Source: Bdellovibrionales bacterium
GTDB taxonomy: Bacteria; Bdellovibrionota; Bdellovibrionia; Bdellovibrionales; CAYMLA01
Assembly: GCA_965217115.1 (NCBI GenBank)
Contig: OZ244239.1
Coordinates: 544,001-608,000 of the forward strand
DNA: 64,000 nucleotides
Direction of reading: 5' to 3'
The notes below the pieces were generated by a model. It saw only the letters and a program-made list of their open reading frames with translations. It did no database searches and had not been told where the DNA came from. Positions 9,468 to 18,930 of the stretch are shown here, one piece after another. Within the stretch, counting starts at the first letter, position 1; every line of letters starts with the position of its first letter. A program made the position numbers and the translations under genes.

Positions 9468-11624
9468 CTACATTCTTTCCACAGTCTCAATACCAATCAG
9501 CTCAAGGCCCTTAGACAAAACTTTCCCAACACTCTGAATTAATGCTCCACGGGTGTGCTTCAAAGCCTCAGATTTCGCTTTTAGAACTGAACACTGTTTA
9601 TACATACGGCTGTAATCCTTTGATAGGCCATATAAATAAATACACAAAAGCTGAGGCTCATAGCGTTCGCCCGCCTTCTTCGCCGTGTCTTCAAATAACA
9701 TAAGCTTGCGTAAAACTAAACTTTCACTCTCATCTACCAAGAGAGACCAATCGATCAAACCTTTATTGATCTCTCCTAAGTCACGCAAAATAGAACGGGT
9801 TCGTGCATAGGCGTACATCATATAAGGCCCTGTATTGCCTGTTTGCGCTGTCCACTCATTCAAGTCAAAAACAATGTTTTTGTTATTATCCTGATTGAGC
9901 ATTCCATATTTAATCGTAGCGACTGCAATTTTATGGGCCGTGTTTGTAATTTCTTTTTCTGACCACTTCTCTTCTGATTTGCCATTCTCATACTTACACA
10001 AAAAATCTTCTCTAATTTTCTTTAACAAGAGAGCCTTTAATTCAGAAAACAAGATGATGTTTCCTTTGCGTGAACTCATCTTACCATCGGGACGTTCCAC
10101 CATGCCATAAGACAAATGATAACAATCCTTGGCTTTTTCATACCCCATCAACTCAAGAGCTTTAAACGCCTGTTGAAAATGCAATGACTGTGCGCTGTCC
10201 ACAACATAGACAGATTTGTCCACTTTAAATTTATCAAACTTCATCTGCGCTAACGCAATATCCTTTGTCGAGTAAAGCCCCGTGCCATTGGACTTTAACA
10301 AGAGAAAAAAGGGAAGTTTGTAAGCACTCAGATCTGCGCCGATAGCTCCTTCGGATTTAACAAGAACTCCCTTCTTATAGTAATCCATAACTATCTTCTT
10401 GCCTTGGTCCCCCACATCCGATTCATAAAAATCATGGGTAAAACAAACATCCAACCAGCTATAGATTTGTTTAAATTCATCCAAAGACCACTGCCGTGTT
10501 CTCTTCCAAAGAGCCACCGTTTCTGGGTCACCAGATTCCAGGGCTTTTAATGTGTCACCCACCCCTTTTTCACGTCTTTTCATCTCTTCTAAAACACTCA
10601 CCCCATCCTCTAAGGCCCCTTGGATTTTTAAAACTTCAGAAATTGGCTGCCCTTCCTGAGTTCCTTGGGGAAAAACATAGATTTTATTCTTGTCTTCACC
10701 TAAAGCTAGCTCCTTCTGGCTGCAAATCAATCCTTCGCTAAAAACACCCTTCTTCTCAGTTTTCAATACCTCTCGCCCAGCAAAACGTTCACCCACGGGA
10801 ACATAGGCAACGACATCGGCAATCTTAAAACCGACTCCTCCACAAACCACTGTCTTTTCAAGGGAAGATTCACCAAAAGTTGAAACTGTTACAAGCTGCC
10901 ACTTTTCATTTTGTGGATGCTTCTTTATTTTTTTCACACAAGCCGTCATCACCCCTGGAAATGGAGCTTGTGTCAGTAAAGTAAAGTCCATCATTTCATT
11001 GGCCTTTACATACAACTCTCCGAGAAACTCTCCCCTTTTATGCTTAGGAACATCTCCTTTAAAATATTCTTTGTAGAACCACAAACACTTGGCCACATGG
11101 GTTCCCACATCGCCAAAGTAATTCACAGGCAAGACATCATACCCCCCCCAAGCACAAATGCGAGAAATAGCATCCCCTAGGGCCACGTTGCGCATATGAC
11201 CCACATGAAAAGCCTTATGGGTATTGGGTTGTGAATACTCCACCATCACTTTTTGTTTTTGACTCGATCTATTGCCTAAATACGAGCCTTCTAAAATATC
11301 ATTTATTAAATTCCCCGCAAGGTGTGTCCTATCAATAACAAAATTTAAGTAAGGACCTGCGGCAATGACCTGAGCTATTGCATCCAGACAACCCACCTCT
11401 TTACCCATCTCTTCAGCTAGGCTCTTAGCAATTTGAGGAGGCCCTTTGCGCAATATTTTAGCCAGTGCAAAACAAGGGAAAGCGATATCTCCCATGCTGG
11501 CATCTTTTGGCACTTCTAAAAGATGACGAATCTTCTGTCGATCAAAATCATCAGATTTCAAATCAGGTGTTAAAGATAAAATTTTCTGACTAACTAAATC
11601 AGCTACCTGTAAAAAGTAATTCAT
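9468..11624 (-). CDS. argS: Arginine--tRNA ligase with an inserted tRNA-binding OB-fold domain
   Basis: EYSQPNTHKAFHVGHMRN (HIGH region), KMSSRKG, GNTGPYMMYAYAR, C-terminal ERM; about 115 extra aa. Confidence 0.95.
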   Translation of the reverse strand: MNYFLQVADLVSQKILSLTPDLKSDDFDRQKIRHLLEVPKDASMGDIAFPCFALAKILRKGPPQIAKSLAEEMGKEVGCLDAIAQVIAAGPYLNFVIDRTHLAGNLINDILEGSYLGNRSSQKQKVMVEYSQPNTHKAFHVGHMRNVALGDAISRICAWGGYDVLPVNYFGDVGTHVAKCLWFYKEYFKGDVPKHKRGEFLGELYVKANEMMDFTLLTQAPFPGVMTACVKKIKKHPQNEKWQLVTVSTFGESSLEKTVVCGGVGFKIADVVAYVPVGERFAGREVLKTEKKGVFSEGLICSQKELALGEDKNKIYVFPQGTQEGQPISEVLKIQGALEDGVSVLEEMKRREKGVGDTLKALESGDPETVALWKRTRQWSLDEFKQIYSWLDVCFTHDFYESDVGDQGKKIVMDYYKKGVLVKSEGAIGADLSAYKLPFFLLLKSNGTGLYSTKDIALAQMKFDKFKVDKSVYVVDSAQSLHFQQAFKALELMGYEKAKDCYHLSYGMVERPDGKMSSRKGNIILFSELKALLLKKIREDFLCKYENGKSEEKWSEKEITNTAHKIAVATIKYGMLNQDNNKNIVFDLNEWTAQTGNTGPYMMYAYARTRSILRDLGEINKGLIDWSLLVDESESLVLRKLMLFEDTAKKAGERYEPQLLCIYLYGLSKDYSRMYKQCSVLKAKSEALKHTRGALIQSVGKVLSKGLELIGIETVERM

Positions 11625-11717
11625 AACGCCTCAAGTATAACTGTGAAAACCTCTTTTTATCAAAAAAATAATCGAAGTCACCGAGAATCCATCTCGATGA
11701 TATTTTTTAGCATTGGT

Positions 11718-12416
11718 TTAGTGTACTCTTATATTATTCTTCATTTTATCAGGAAAGGCCATCTCGTCAGCAACCTGCAAAATAGCCTTACAAAGAATAT
11801 TTAGTGACCCCTGTAAAGCTCCATTGCCATCTAGTATATGATTCGCATAACTCTTTGACGGCTCAACAAAGGTGTCGTGCATGGGGGCCACATACTTAGC
11901 AAACTGACTTTCGATATACTCCAATGTCCGACCTCTTTCGGCCACATCTCTTTTTTTACGGCGTTCAAAGCGTATCTCTTCATCAGCTTCAACAAAAAAT
12001 GCTAAATCAAGATTTCCTCGCACCTGTGGCTGAGTCAAAATTAAAATACCATCCACCAAGATCACAGCCCGAGGCTGAAGTTCCATCGAATCCAACGAAC
12101 GACTATGAGTCAAAAAATCGTAGCAAGGAACATCAATGGTGTTGCCACATTTTAAGCTTTTAAGATGATCACCAAGAAGATCAAAATCCAAACTACTGGG
12201 ATGATCAAAGTTAATCTCTCTCCCCTCGCTAAACTCCTTAGAGACATCTCGATAATAGCTGTCTTGGAAAAGAACAGAACAATATTCCTCACCCAGCAAC
12301 TGAGCAAGCCCACGGGCCAAGGTCGTTTTGCCCGAGCAACTACCGCCAGAAAGGCCAATTATTAAAGGTGATAATTTCTTAGAAAAACCCTCTGTCATAG
12401 GAAACTGTTTAATCAT
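11718..12416 (-). CDS. udk: Uridine kinase
   Basis: GLSGGSCSGKTT, QDSYY, NFDHP, RDVAERGR. Confidence 0.92.
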   Translation of the reverse strand: MIKQFPMTEGFSKKLSPLIIGLSGGSCSGKTTLARGLAQLLGEEYCSVLFQDSYYRDVSKEFSEGREINFDHPSSLDFDLLGDHLKSLKCGNTIDVPCYDFLTHSRSLDSMELQPRAVILVDGILILTQPQVRGNLDLAFFVEADEEIRFERRKKRDVAERGRTLEYIESQFAKYVAPMHDTFVEPSKSYANHILDGNGALQGSLNILCKAILQVADEMAFPDKMKNNIRVH

Positions 12417-12485
12417 TAAGTGTGCTGCGCGTCAAGCCGTGAAAAATGTATTTCTATTCCGAGAATAAGGCTATCAATAACTCCT

Positions 12486-13226
12486 ATGAAACTTCAAAAA
12501 CTCACCGCTCTTGCCTTTTTTCTTATTTTATCCAATGTAACTATGGCTATGGCTATGGCCCTAGAAAACATTCCTCTCACATCTTCATCTGGTTGGCTTG
12601 AAGTTAAATATGATAACCTCCCTGCAAATAAAATTCATTTTGACTCCCAAGCTGCTTCCCACAAAACGCTCACTATGGATATTGATCGTTCTGCCAGTCC
12701 ACTTATTTTTCCTTTCTCCCAGGAGAGATCCATCCAGCAAATTGTGGTCACAGCCAAGGTTCACGGTCATCTAAAAATTTCTGACAAAAAAATACAAGGC
12801 TCTAAAGGGGCTGATGACTTTGTCTTTCGTCTTGGGTTTGTTAGACCTGGAAAAAAGACGCTCTCTCTCTGGCAAAAACCCTTCGCCTCCAAGTGGGTTA
12901 CGCAACTCTTTAACTTAGCTCCTAAAGGCTCTGGCATTGATAGTATCCTATTTTTGAGTGTCCCCAGCACCTCTCAACTCACAGGAAAAAAACGCACTCA
13001 CCCCGCAAGTGACCTTATACAAGAAATATTTCTCAAGCCCGTCAGTAAAAATGGCTCCATTAATATCCATTACACCTTTCCTAAGCCTATCCCCACCCTC
13101 GCCCTCTGGTTGAGTAGTGATGGGGACGACACAAAATCCAAGTATCAAATTCAAATATCAAAAATAACTATCAACCCCCATCTTAAAAAAAAGTTTCACC
13201 CCACGAGTAAGAATAAAAATCCATGA
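12486..13226 (+). CDS. Hypothetical exported protein (possibly DUF3047-like)
   Basis: Signal peptide; C-terminal LWLSSDGDDT. Confidence 0.65.
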   Translation: MKLQKLTALAFFLILSNVTMAMAMALENIPLTSSSGWLEVKYDNLPANKIHFDSQAASHKTLTMDIDRSASPLIFPFSQERSIQQIVVTAKVHGHLKISDKKIQGSKGADDFVFRLGFVRPGKKTLSLWQKPFASKWVTQLFNLAPKGSGIDSILFLSVPSTSQLTGKKRTHPASDLIQEIFLKPVSKNGSINIHYTFPKPIPTLALWLSSDGDDTKSKYQIQISKITINPHLKKKFHPTSKNKNP

Positions 13227-13876
13227 CCAAAATGGAACGCGTCTCTATTATTGAGAAACGATTACAGAAGTTCTATCCCGCCCCACCTATACCTCTAGAT
13301 CACAAAGACTCTTACACCCTGCTCATTGCTGTCCTGCTCTCGGCCCGATGCACGGATGTGCGAGTCAATAAAATCACCCCCACTTTATTTAAAATGGCCG
13401 ACACTCCTGAAAAAATGATTCGCCATTCTATCGAGGAAATAAGAGAGATCATCCGCCCCTGTGGACTCTCTCCCATGAAAGCAAAGGCTATTTACAATTT
13501 ATCCCATATTCTAATCGATGAACATAAGGGACTCGTTCCTGCAAATTTTGTGGACTTAGAAAAGCTCCCTGGCGTGGGTCATAAAACAGCTTCCGTGGTT
13601 ATGTCCCAAGCATTTGGCCACCCTGCTTTTGCTGTCGACACCCACGTCCATCGTTTAGCCCAACGCTGGAAGCTCACCAACGGCAAGAATGTCGTACAAA
13701 CTGAAAAAGATCTGAAAAGCCTCTTCCCAAAAGAGAGTTGGACCAGGCTTCATTTACAAATTATCTATTACGCCCGTGAACACTGCCAGGCAAGGGCTTG
13801 TTATGGTCTCGTCTGCCCTATTTGCAAAGAGCTTTTTCCTAAACGAAAAACTCCCCTTAAAACTTTAAACCCATAA
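13223..13876 (+). CDS. nth: Endonuclease III
   Basis: LLIAVLLSA, HhH LPGVGHKTA, VDTHVHR, C-terminal four Cys. Confidence 0.95.
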   Translation: MTKMERVSIIEKRLQKFYPAPPIPLDHKDSYTLLIAVLLSARCTDVRVNKITPTLFKMADTPEKMIRHSIEEIREIIRPCGLSPMKAKAIYNLSHILIDEHKGLVPANFVDLEKLPGVGHKTASVVMSQAFGHPAFAVDTHVHRLAQRWKLTNGKNVVQTEKDLKSLFPKESWTRLHLQIIYYAREHCQARACYGLVCPICKELFPKRKTPLKTLNP

Positions 13877-13890
13877 AAAACAAAGAGAGG

Positions 13891-14775
13891 TTATTCAAAA
13901 ATAATCTGTCCCTGATCCACCGTTAAATTTAAACGATGACCTTTGCCTTTTTTTACTTTCTCTAAACCCTCAACACTCCCCTTCTTAACTTGTACATAGG
14001 GAAGATAAGAAACTCCTCCCTTAGGTGTCACCTTTAGCTGTCCATACTCTAAATACGCCTCAACATTTTGAACTGGCTCAAATAAAAGCACCTCACCTTC
14101 TTGCAAATTTATCTTAAAAGATATTCCCAGTGGAACCTGCAGTTCACAATCAGTCGTGTACTCACCTACAGGTAAAGACAATACAAGCTTTCCGTCTTTT
14201 TTACGCTTTTCCAAGAAAATCTTCGATAAAGCTCCATGTACCTCCTCAAAAGAGCACTCATAAGATAGATTTTTTCGATCCTCAAACAAAACTCTCCACC
14301 TTCCTCTTGTCGATGTCACATCCAGAAATTGATAACCTTCAACACTCTCAACGCCTTTGCGCATGTAATCACTTCCAACATTATAATTCCAAACATAAGA
14401 ACCTATTGAATTTGTATCAAAACTAAATGGCATTGAAAACTGATGATAAATAAAATAGGCTAGCGTAGAAAAAAATAACACACTCAATAGAGTCGCCATT
14501 AAAAGAAACTTCAACAAAAAGGGTGTCTTTCTCTTCTTAGGCAGAGGCAACTCTTTCCGTGCCGTCAATCGACAGGCCATATCATATGCAGAGCCTTGAG
14601 AATTTAAAATTCTTTGGAAAGAGTCCCTTGTTTCACACATATTCAGCTTATTTTTTAAATTTTTAGATAATTCCTGCAACAGATCGACACGATCTTCCAC
14701 TCTTAAGTGCTTAAGGTTTTTTTCCACATCAGAGAGATAAATGTGAAACCGCTTCTCCTGCCAAGAATTCATCAT
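13891..14775 (-). CDS. Single-pass membrane protein with HAAS/DUF1700-like N-terminus and beta-rich periplasmic domain
   Basis: YLSDVEKNLKHL...DLLQEL N-terminus, one TM helix; coupled to the anti-sigma gene. Confidence 0.55.
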   Translation of the reverse strand: MMNSWQEKRFHIYLSDVEKNLKHLRVEDRVDLLQELSKNLKNKLNMCETRDSFQRILNSQGSAYDMACRLTARKELPLPKKRKTPFLLKFLLMATLLSVLFFSTLAYFIYHQFSMPFSFDTNSIGSYVWNYNVGSDYMRKGVESVEGYQFLDVTSTRGRWRVLFEDRKNLSYECSFEEVHGALSKIFLEKRKKDGKLVLSLPVGEYTTDCELQVPLGISFKINLQEGEVLLFEPVQNVEAYLEYGQLKVTPKGGVSYLPYVQVKKGSVEGLEKVKKGKGHRLNLTVDQGQIIFE

Positions 14776-15020
14776 TACTTACTGTCCTTGAATTTTTTTA
14801 GAACCTGATCTTCAAGAGAACGTAAATCTGAATCTCTGTTTTGCGCCCTCCCATTTGCTCGCTCTAAAACGGCTTCACGTAAAATTTCATATTGCTTCTG
14901 AATTTTCTGACACGTTCTACAAATACGCATATGCCAATTAAAAGTCCATCTCTCCCATAGGCTTAACTCTCTCCCCGAAGACAGCACTTGATTGACTCTC
15001 TTGCACGTACTAATCGCCAC
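14775..15020 (-). CDS. zf-HC2 zinc-binding anti-sigma factor
   Basis: N-terminal C plus HMRICRTC (HxxxCxxC); overlaps the ECF sigma gene. Confidence 0.85.
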   Translation of the reverse strand: MAISTCKRVNQVLSSGRELSLWERWTFNWHMRICRTCQKIQKQYEILREAVLERANGRAQNRDSDLRSLEDQVLKKFKDSK

Positions 15021-15606
15021 CAGGAACCTCCTCTTTTACTTGCAAGCACAGGCGAAGCTTATTCTTAGCTCGATACATAAGCACCCCTAAGTGAGTGTCT
15101 GTAATATCTAGGATCTTACAGATTTCTTCACTCGGCTCTCCCTCAACCTCTCTGAGAACAAAAACCATTCGCTGCTTGTCTGGTAAAGCCTGTAAACACT
15201 CCTCCAAGGCCACCCCTGTCTGTGCTATCTCCATAAATCTCTGGGGGCTTAACGGAGCCTTTTTCCAATGCCCCGTTTGATCAAAACCACTCTCTATTAT
15301 TTCATCAATCTTTTCATCTAGAAAATAACGTTGCTCTTTTCGACGGTGCTCTCTTACCTTATTGTAAAGAATCCCCATTAAATAAGTCTTAACATGGGAT
15401 CTACCCTCAAAGCTGTCTATTTTTTCAAAAAAAGTGACCCATGTTATCTGCACCAACTCATAGGCTCGATCCTCATTAAGCCCCATGCCCATCGCCGTTC
15501 GGAAAAACAGCGTGGTGTAGGCCCTCACTAAATCCTCAATAGCACCCGAGTTTTTCTGTTTGAGAAGCTCTAGAAAATCCTCAGTAGCAAATTTCTGTAG
15601 AAGCAC
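15010..15606 (-). CDS. ECF RNA polymerase sigma factor
   Basis: FEGRSHVKTYLMGILYNK (region 2); LPDKQRMVFVLREVEG...YRAKNKLR (region 4). Confidence 0.92.
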   Translation of the reverse strand: MLLQKFATEDFLELLKQKNSGAIEDLVRAYTTLFFRTAMGMGLNEDRAYELVQITWVTFFEKIDSFEGRSHVKTYLMGILYNKVREHRRKEQRYFLDEKIDEIIESGFDQTGHWKKAPLSPQRFMEIAQTGVALEECLQALPDKQRMVFVLREVEGEPSEEICKILDITDTHLGVLMYRAKNKLRLCLQVKEEVPGGD

Positions 15607-15620
15607 TGATCTTGCCTAAC

Positions 15621-16310
15621 TTAGGGGTTACGTGAATTAATAGTGAATAAGTGGTAGTAGAGAAAATATAATTCTTTAAAAGTAGCCATCAAAGATTTAG
15701 CTAACGCCTCTCTCTGTGCTTTGAGATCCTTTTCACTTATTCCTCGGAATTTTTTTAACTCTCTTTCAATAGTAAACTCTGCACCTTCCAGAACTCCAGG
15801 AGCATCAATGTACAATTCATTCAGAGAATGGGAAGTTCCAGCATATTTGCTCAGTTCTTTTTGAATTTTTGCTGCCGAATGTCCTTGTTCCCAAATATAG
15901 TTTTCCTCATTCTGACCAAACCACAACCAAGAAGTTTTCGCCTGCTTTTGCAACCAATCATTAATCTGTAAAGACAACGCCTTCTTATTAGACTTCATCC
16001 CTTTTATAAATGAATTCATTGCTAGAACCTTATTATTCATATCAAACCCTGCCCAGATTTTATAGGTCTGATCATTAAAATCATACAACCGGCGTACCCG
16101 AAATCCAAATCTCGGAGAATGTCTTATCTTTGGATTCAAAGATTTTAATTGGTTTAAGACGATGTCATTATAAAAAGCCTCACTAATTTTTTTACCATCT
16201 TGAACATGGGGTTCACTATATATAACTGCAAAAGGTCGATAGTACTTTTCATTAAGTTTTTGTAAAACTTCTTTGCTTAAACCATCAAGCCACACAGTAG
16301 GTTCAGACAT
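15621..16310 (-). CDS. Hypothetical protein
   Basis: 229-aa ORF ending 14 bp before the sigma gene. Confidence 0.7.
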   Translation of the reverse strand: MSEPTVWLDGLSKEVLQKLNEKYYRPFAVIYSEPHVQDGKKISEAFYNDIVLNQLKSLNPKIRHSPRFGFRVRRLYDFNDQTYKIWAGFDMNNKVLAMNSFIKGMKSNKKALSLQINDWLQKQAKTSWLWFGQNEENYIWEQGHSAAKIQKELSKYAGTSHSLNELYIDAPGVLEGAEFTIERELKKFRGISEKDLKAQREALAKSLMATFKELYFLYYHLFTINSRNP

Positions 16311-16737
16311 AATGTTAGCCTCACACGATAGTGATTAATATTATTTTCACTCATAAACAGCTCTATTCAATAGATAATACTACACAAAATTGGGGCTGTT
16401 GCCAAGCGATGACCTTCTTCATTGCTCGACCTCAGCTCTCAATTTAACCTCCAGCCAAAGGTCTTGTCTCTACAAAAAGGGGTGCTTAATATAGATATGA
16501 GCCTTTTTATCACAATCACCTGGGGGAATAAACCATGCTCCAAACGACAGTCTTCAATATGTTTTTTTCTGAAAATAGAGCTGATGGCAAACTCAGCTAG
16601 TTTTTAAAAATTTTAACCGTGTAATTATTTCCAAAGCAAGTGCTCACATTGATTATTTTCATAAAAGCTGGTATTATTCAAAAAAAAAAGTTATGGGCCT
16701 GAGCTTATAGCTAAAACTAAACCCTTAGGAGACCGTT

Positions 16738-17148
16738 ATGTTAAAACAATCTATAAAACTTGTTATGGGACTTATGTTCATTTCATTAAGCATCACACCT
16801 GCTTATGGTGCCTACGATGATGTCAATGGAGATCTAAGCACGCTAACAAAGACTTTGGAAAGTGATGAGGCTAGAGCTGAAATTCAAAGCCAATGTGAGG
16901 CAATAAAGAAAGTTTCTAAAACAGGAATTTACGCTGCTTCAGTGACTAATCTTTTAGACGTATGGAAGTTTGATCTTGTTATGTCTTATCCAGCAGGAGC
17001 CATTTTGACTGTGCTTGCTCTGTGGTTAGTAGCTAATGCTGAGTGCGATTCTCCTCTGAATCTATCTAATATTTTTCCCGATGGTTTTTTTGACGAAGAC
17101 GTTGATGACGTTGTCTTCTTTGAAAAAAGAAATGGTGGTTCAATTTAG
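16738..17148 (+). CDS. Hypothetical secreted protein
   Basis: AGGAG RBS, signal peptide, downstream terminator. Confidence 0.75.
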   Translation: MLKQSIKLVMGLMFISLSITPAYGAYDDVNGDLSTLTKTLESDEARAEIQSQCEAIKKVSKTGIYAASVTNLLDVWKFDLVMSYPAGAILTVLALWLVANAECDSPLNLSNIFPDGFFDEDVDDVVFFEKRNGGSI

Positions 17149-17216
17149 AATTTTTGATACAGAAGACACTCGGCTTGTAACTCAGCCTTACATACAAAAA
17201 CAATAGCTTTTCAATT

Positions 17217-17248
17217 AAAAAAAGAACCCCTAGCGGTTCTTTTTTTTT
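17217..17248. terminator. Bidirectional intrinsic terminator
   Basis: A7-GAACC-loop-GGTTC-T9. Confidence 0.8.
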
Positions 17249-17343
17249 GCCTTCCTTAATTAAACACCAAGCCCGAGTCGGTTTTCCAACCATGGGGGCA
17301 TCAATGGAAGGGCTAGAATATCGATTAAAACATCCTCAAGTGG

Positions 17344-17913
17344 TTAACAAACAGGTAAAACTTTACAAGTCGCCTCTTTGATCGATTTCACCTCACGTGA
17401 AACTCTCCTGAGAACCTCTTCAGCAAAAGATTTTTCTTCCACCTTGAAATCCTCCAAAGACACCGTCTCAACTGGAGTTCCTGTATTTGAAACATTCACC
17501 GCAAAATGAATCAACAAAGAGTTCACGCTTCGAGTTGCTATACTAATACTGTGCTTACCCTTATCAACAAAAACATCGTCACCCTCCCTCGATAATCCAG
17601 AAGTTAGCCCAGCCTCCGAAGACAAGTCTCGCAAAACATCCATAACAATAGATGCCATTAATCTCTGCAGAACCACCCCTGAGAAAAGTTCTCGATCAAA
17701 TAACTCTAAAATAAAATGAACCATACGCCCACCACAAATCTGAGCACCTGCTAAACGATCTTCTCCATCCACCATGTGCTCTAAATCCACATCGCACGGA
17801 CCTACCCACGACAAAATAGAATCACCCAGCACACCATATTCAAGATAGGCATACAAAGTTCGCAACTGACTGCCATCATACTTAAATGATTTTTTTAAAA
17901 ATAATGTCTTCAT
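17344..17913 (-). CDS. DUF366 family protein
   Basis: YDGSQL, GPCDV, MVDGED, HFILE, REGDDV, SISIAT motifs. Confidence 0.85.
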   Translation of the reverse strand: MKTLFLKKSFKYDGSQLRTLYAYLEYGVLGDSILSWVGPCDVDLEHMVDGEDRLAGAQICGGRMVHFILELFDRELFSGVVLQRLMASIVMDVLRDLSSEAGLTSGLSREGDDVFVDKGKHSISIATRSVNSLLIHFAVNVSNTGTPVETVSLEDFKVEEKSFAEEVLRRVSREVKSIKEATCKVLPVC

Positions 17914-18623
17914 TGAAAATCTCCCTTAACTCCAATCTCTTGCAAGGCTCGCCTATCGCGCTGACAGCTTTCACATTTTCCACACCATTTATGACCGTTA
18001 TGATAACAAGGCCACATTTGAGAAAAATCCACATTCAATGTCTTACCCAAACGAGCAATCTCAGGTTTTGTCATCTCTGTTGTAAAACATTTCGTCTTCA
18101 CCTGATTCGCCGTGGAAAAAGAAAAACTCACATCAAGCGCCTGTAAATAATCCTGGCTATTATCCGGAAAAGTCTGCGCTTCCTCCAAATTAAAACCAGG
18201 GATCACATATTCAGCGCCTAAGCCCTCAGCAAAACCCGCTGCAATATTTAGAAAAATCCCATTGCGATTAGGAACCCAAACTGCTTTTGCTGTCTCTATA
18301 GAGGCTTCCTCTCCATCAATATCAACTCTATCACCCACTGGAATTTCTTGGGACAAATTAATTAAACTCGTTTCAGTAAAATCCCTAAACCAAGTCAAAT
18401 CTATCAAACGATGTTTAAGTCCCAACTGACGACAGAATTCTGCCGATGCTGTATTTTCTCCCGTAAACGCTCTTTGCCCATAATTAAAGGTCAGAGCCAG
18501 TACCACATCAAGCTCTCTGTCAGCGGCAAATAGGTTCACTGTCGAATCCAGGCCTCCTGATAAAAGAACAACCCCTTTACTTCTCTCCACTGCTGTTTTC
18601 ACCGCTGTTCTTACTGCCCTCAT
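17910..18623 (-). CDS. queC: 7-cyano-7-deazaguanine synthase
   Basis: LLSGGLDST, VPNRNGIFL, FPDN, CY...CGKCESC; start may be GTG at 18590. Confidence 0.95.
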   Translation of the reverse strand: MRAVRTAVKTAVERSKGVVLLSGGLDSTVNLFAADRELDVVLALTFNYGQRAFTGENTASAEFCRQLGLKHRLIDLTWFRDFTETSLINLSQEIPVGDRVDIDGEEASIETAKAVWVPNRNGIFLNIAAGFAEGLGAEYVIPGFNLEEAQTFPDNSQDYLQALDVSFSFSTANQVKTKCFTTEMTKPEIARLGKTLNVDFSQMWPCYHNGHKWCGKCESCQRDRRALQEIGVKGDFQ

Positions 18624-18930
18624 CCGGCGTCATTTTTTTCTCTATATTCTCCAAGACTTTCTTACCCGTGCGTTTCACAATCTCTTTGCCACCCTCCACA
18701 ATATCACCTGTCTCATCAAGCAGCCCTTGAACCTTCTGCGCTCTTTTCAAAATGCCCATGGCGATCTTCTGTAGGGTCTCATCATTCTCTAGCTTTTCAC
18801 TGAGCTTTTCACTGAGCTTCCCACTGACTTTCTCCATCTGCTTATCGAGTTTTTTCCCCAAGTCTGTCTCTTGGAATTTCTCTGTTTTTTCCTTTAAAGA
18901 TTTTTTTATCTTTTTTTTCAAATCATCCAT
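18577..18930 (-). CDS. Hypothetical Lys/Glu-rich helical protein
   Basis: Overlaps recJ stop and queC start. Confidence 0.65.
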   Translation of the reverse strand: MDDLKKKIKKSLKEKTEKFQETDLGKKLDKQMEKVSGKLSEKLSEKLENDETLQKIAMGILKRAQKVQGLLDETGDIVEGGKEIVKRTGKKVLENIEKKMTPDEGSKNSGENSSGEK

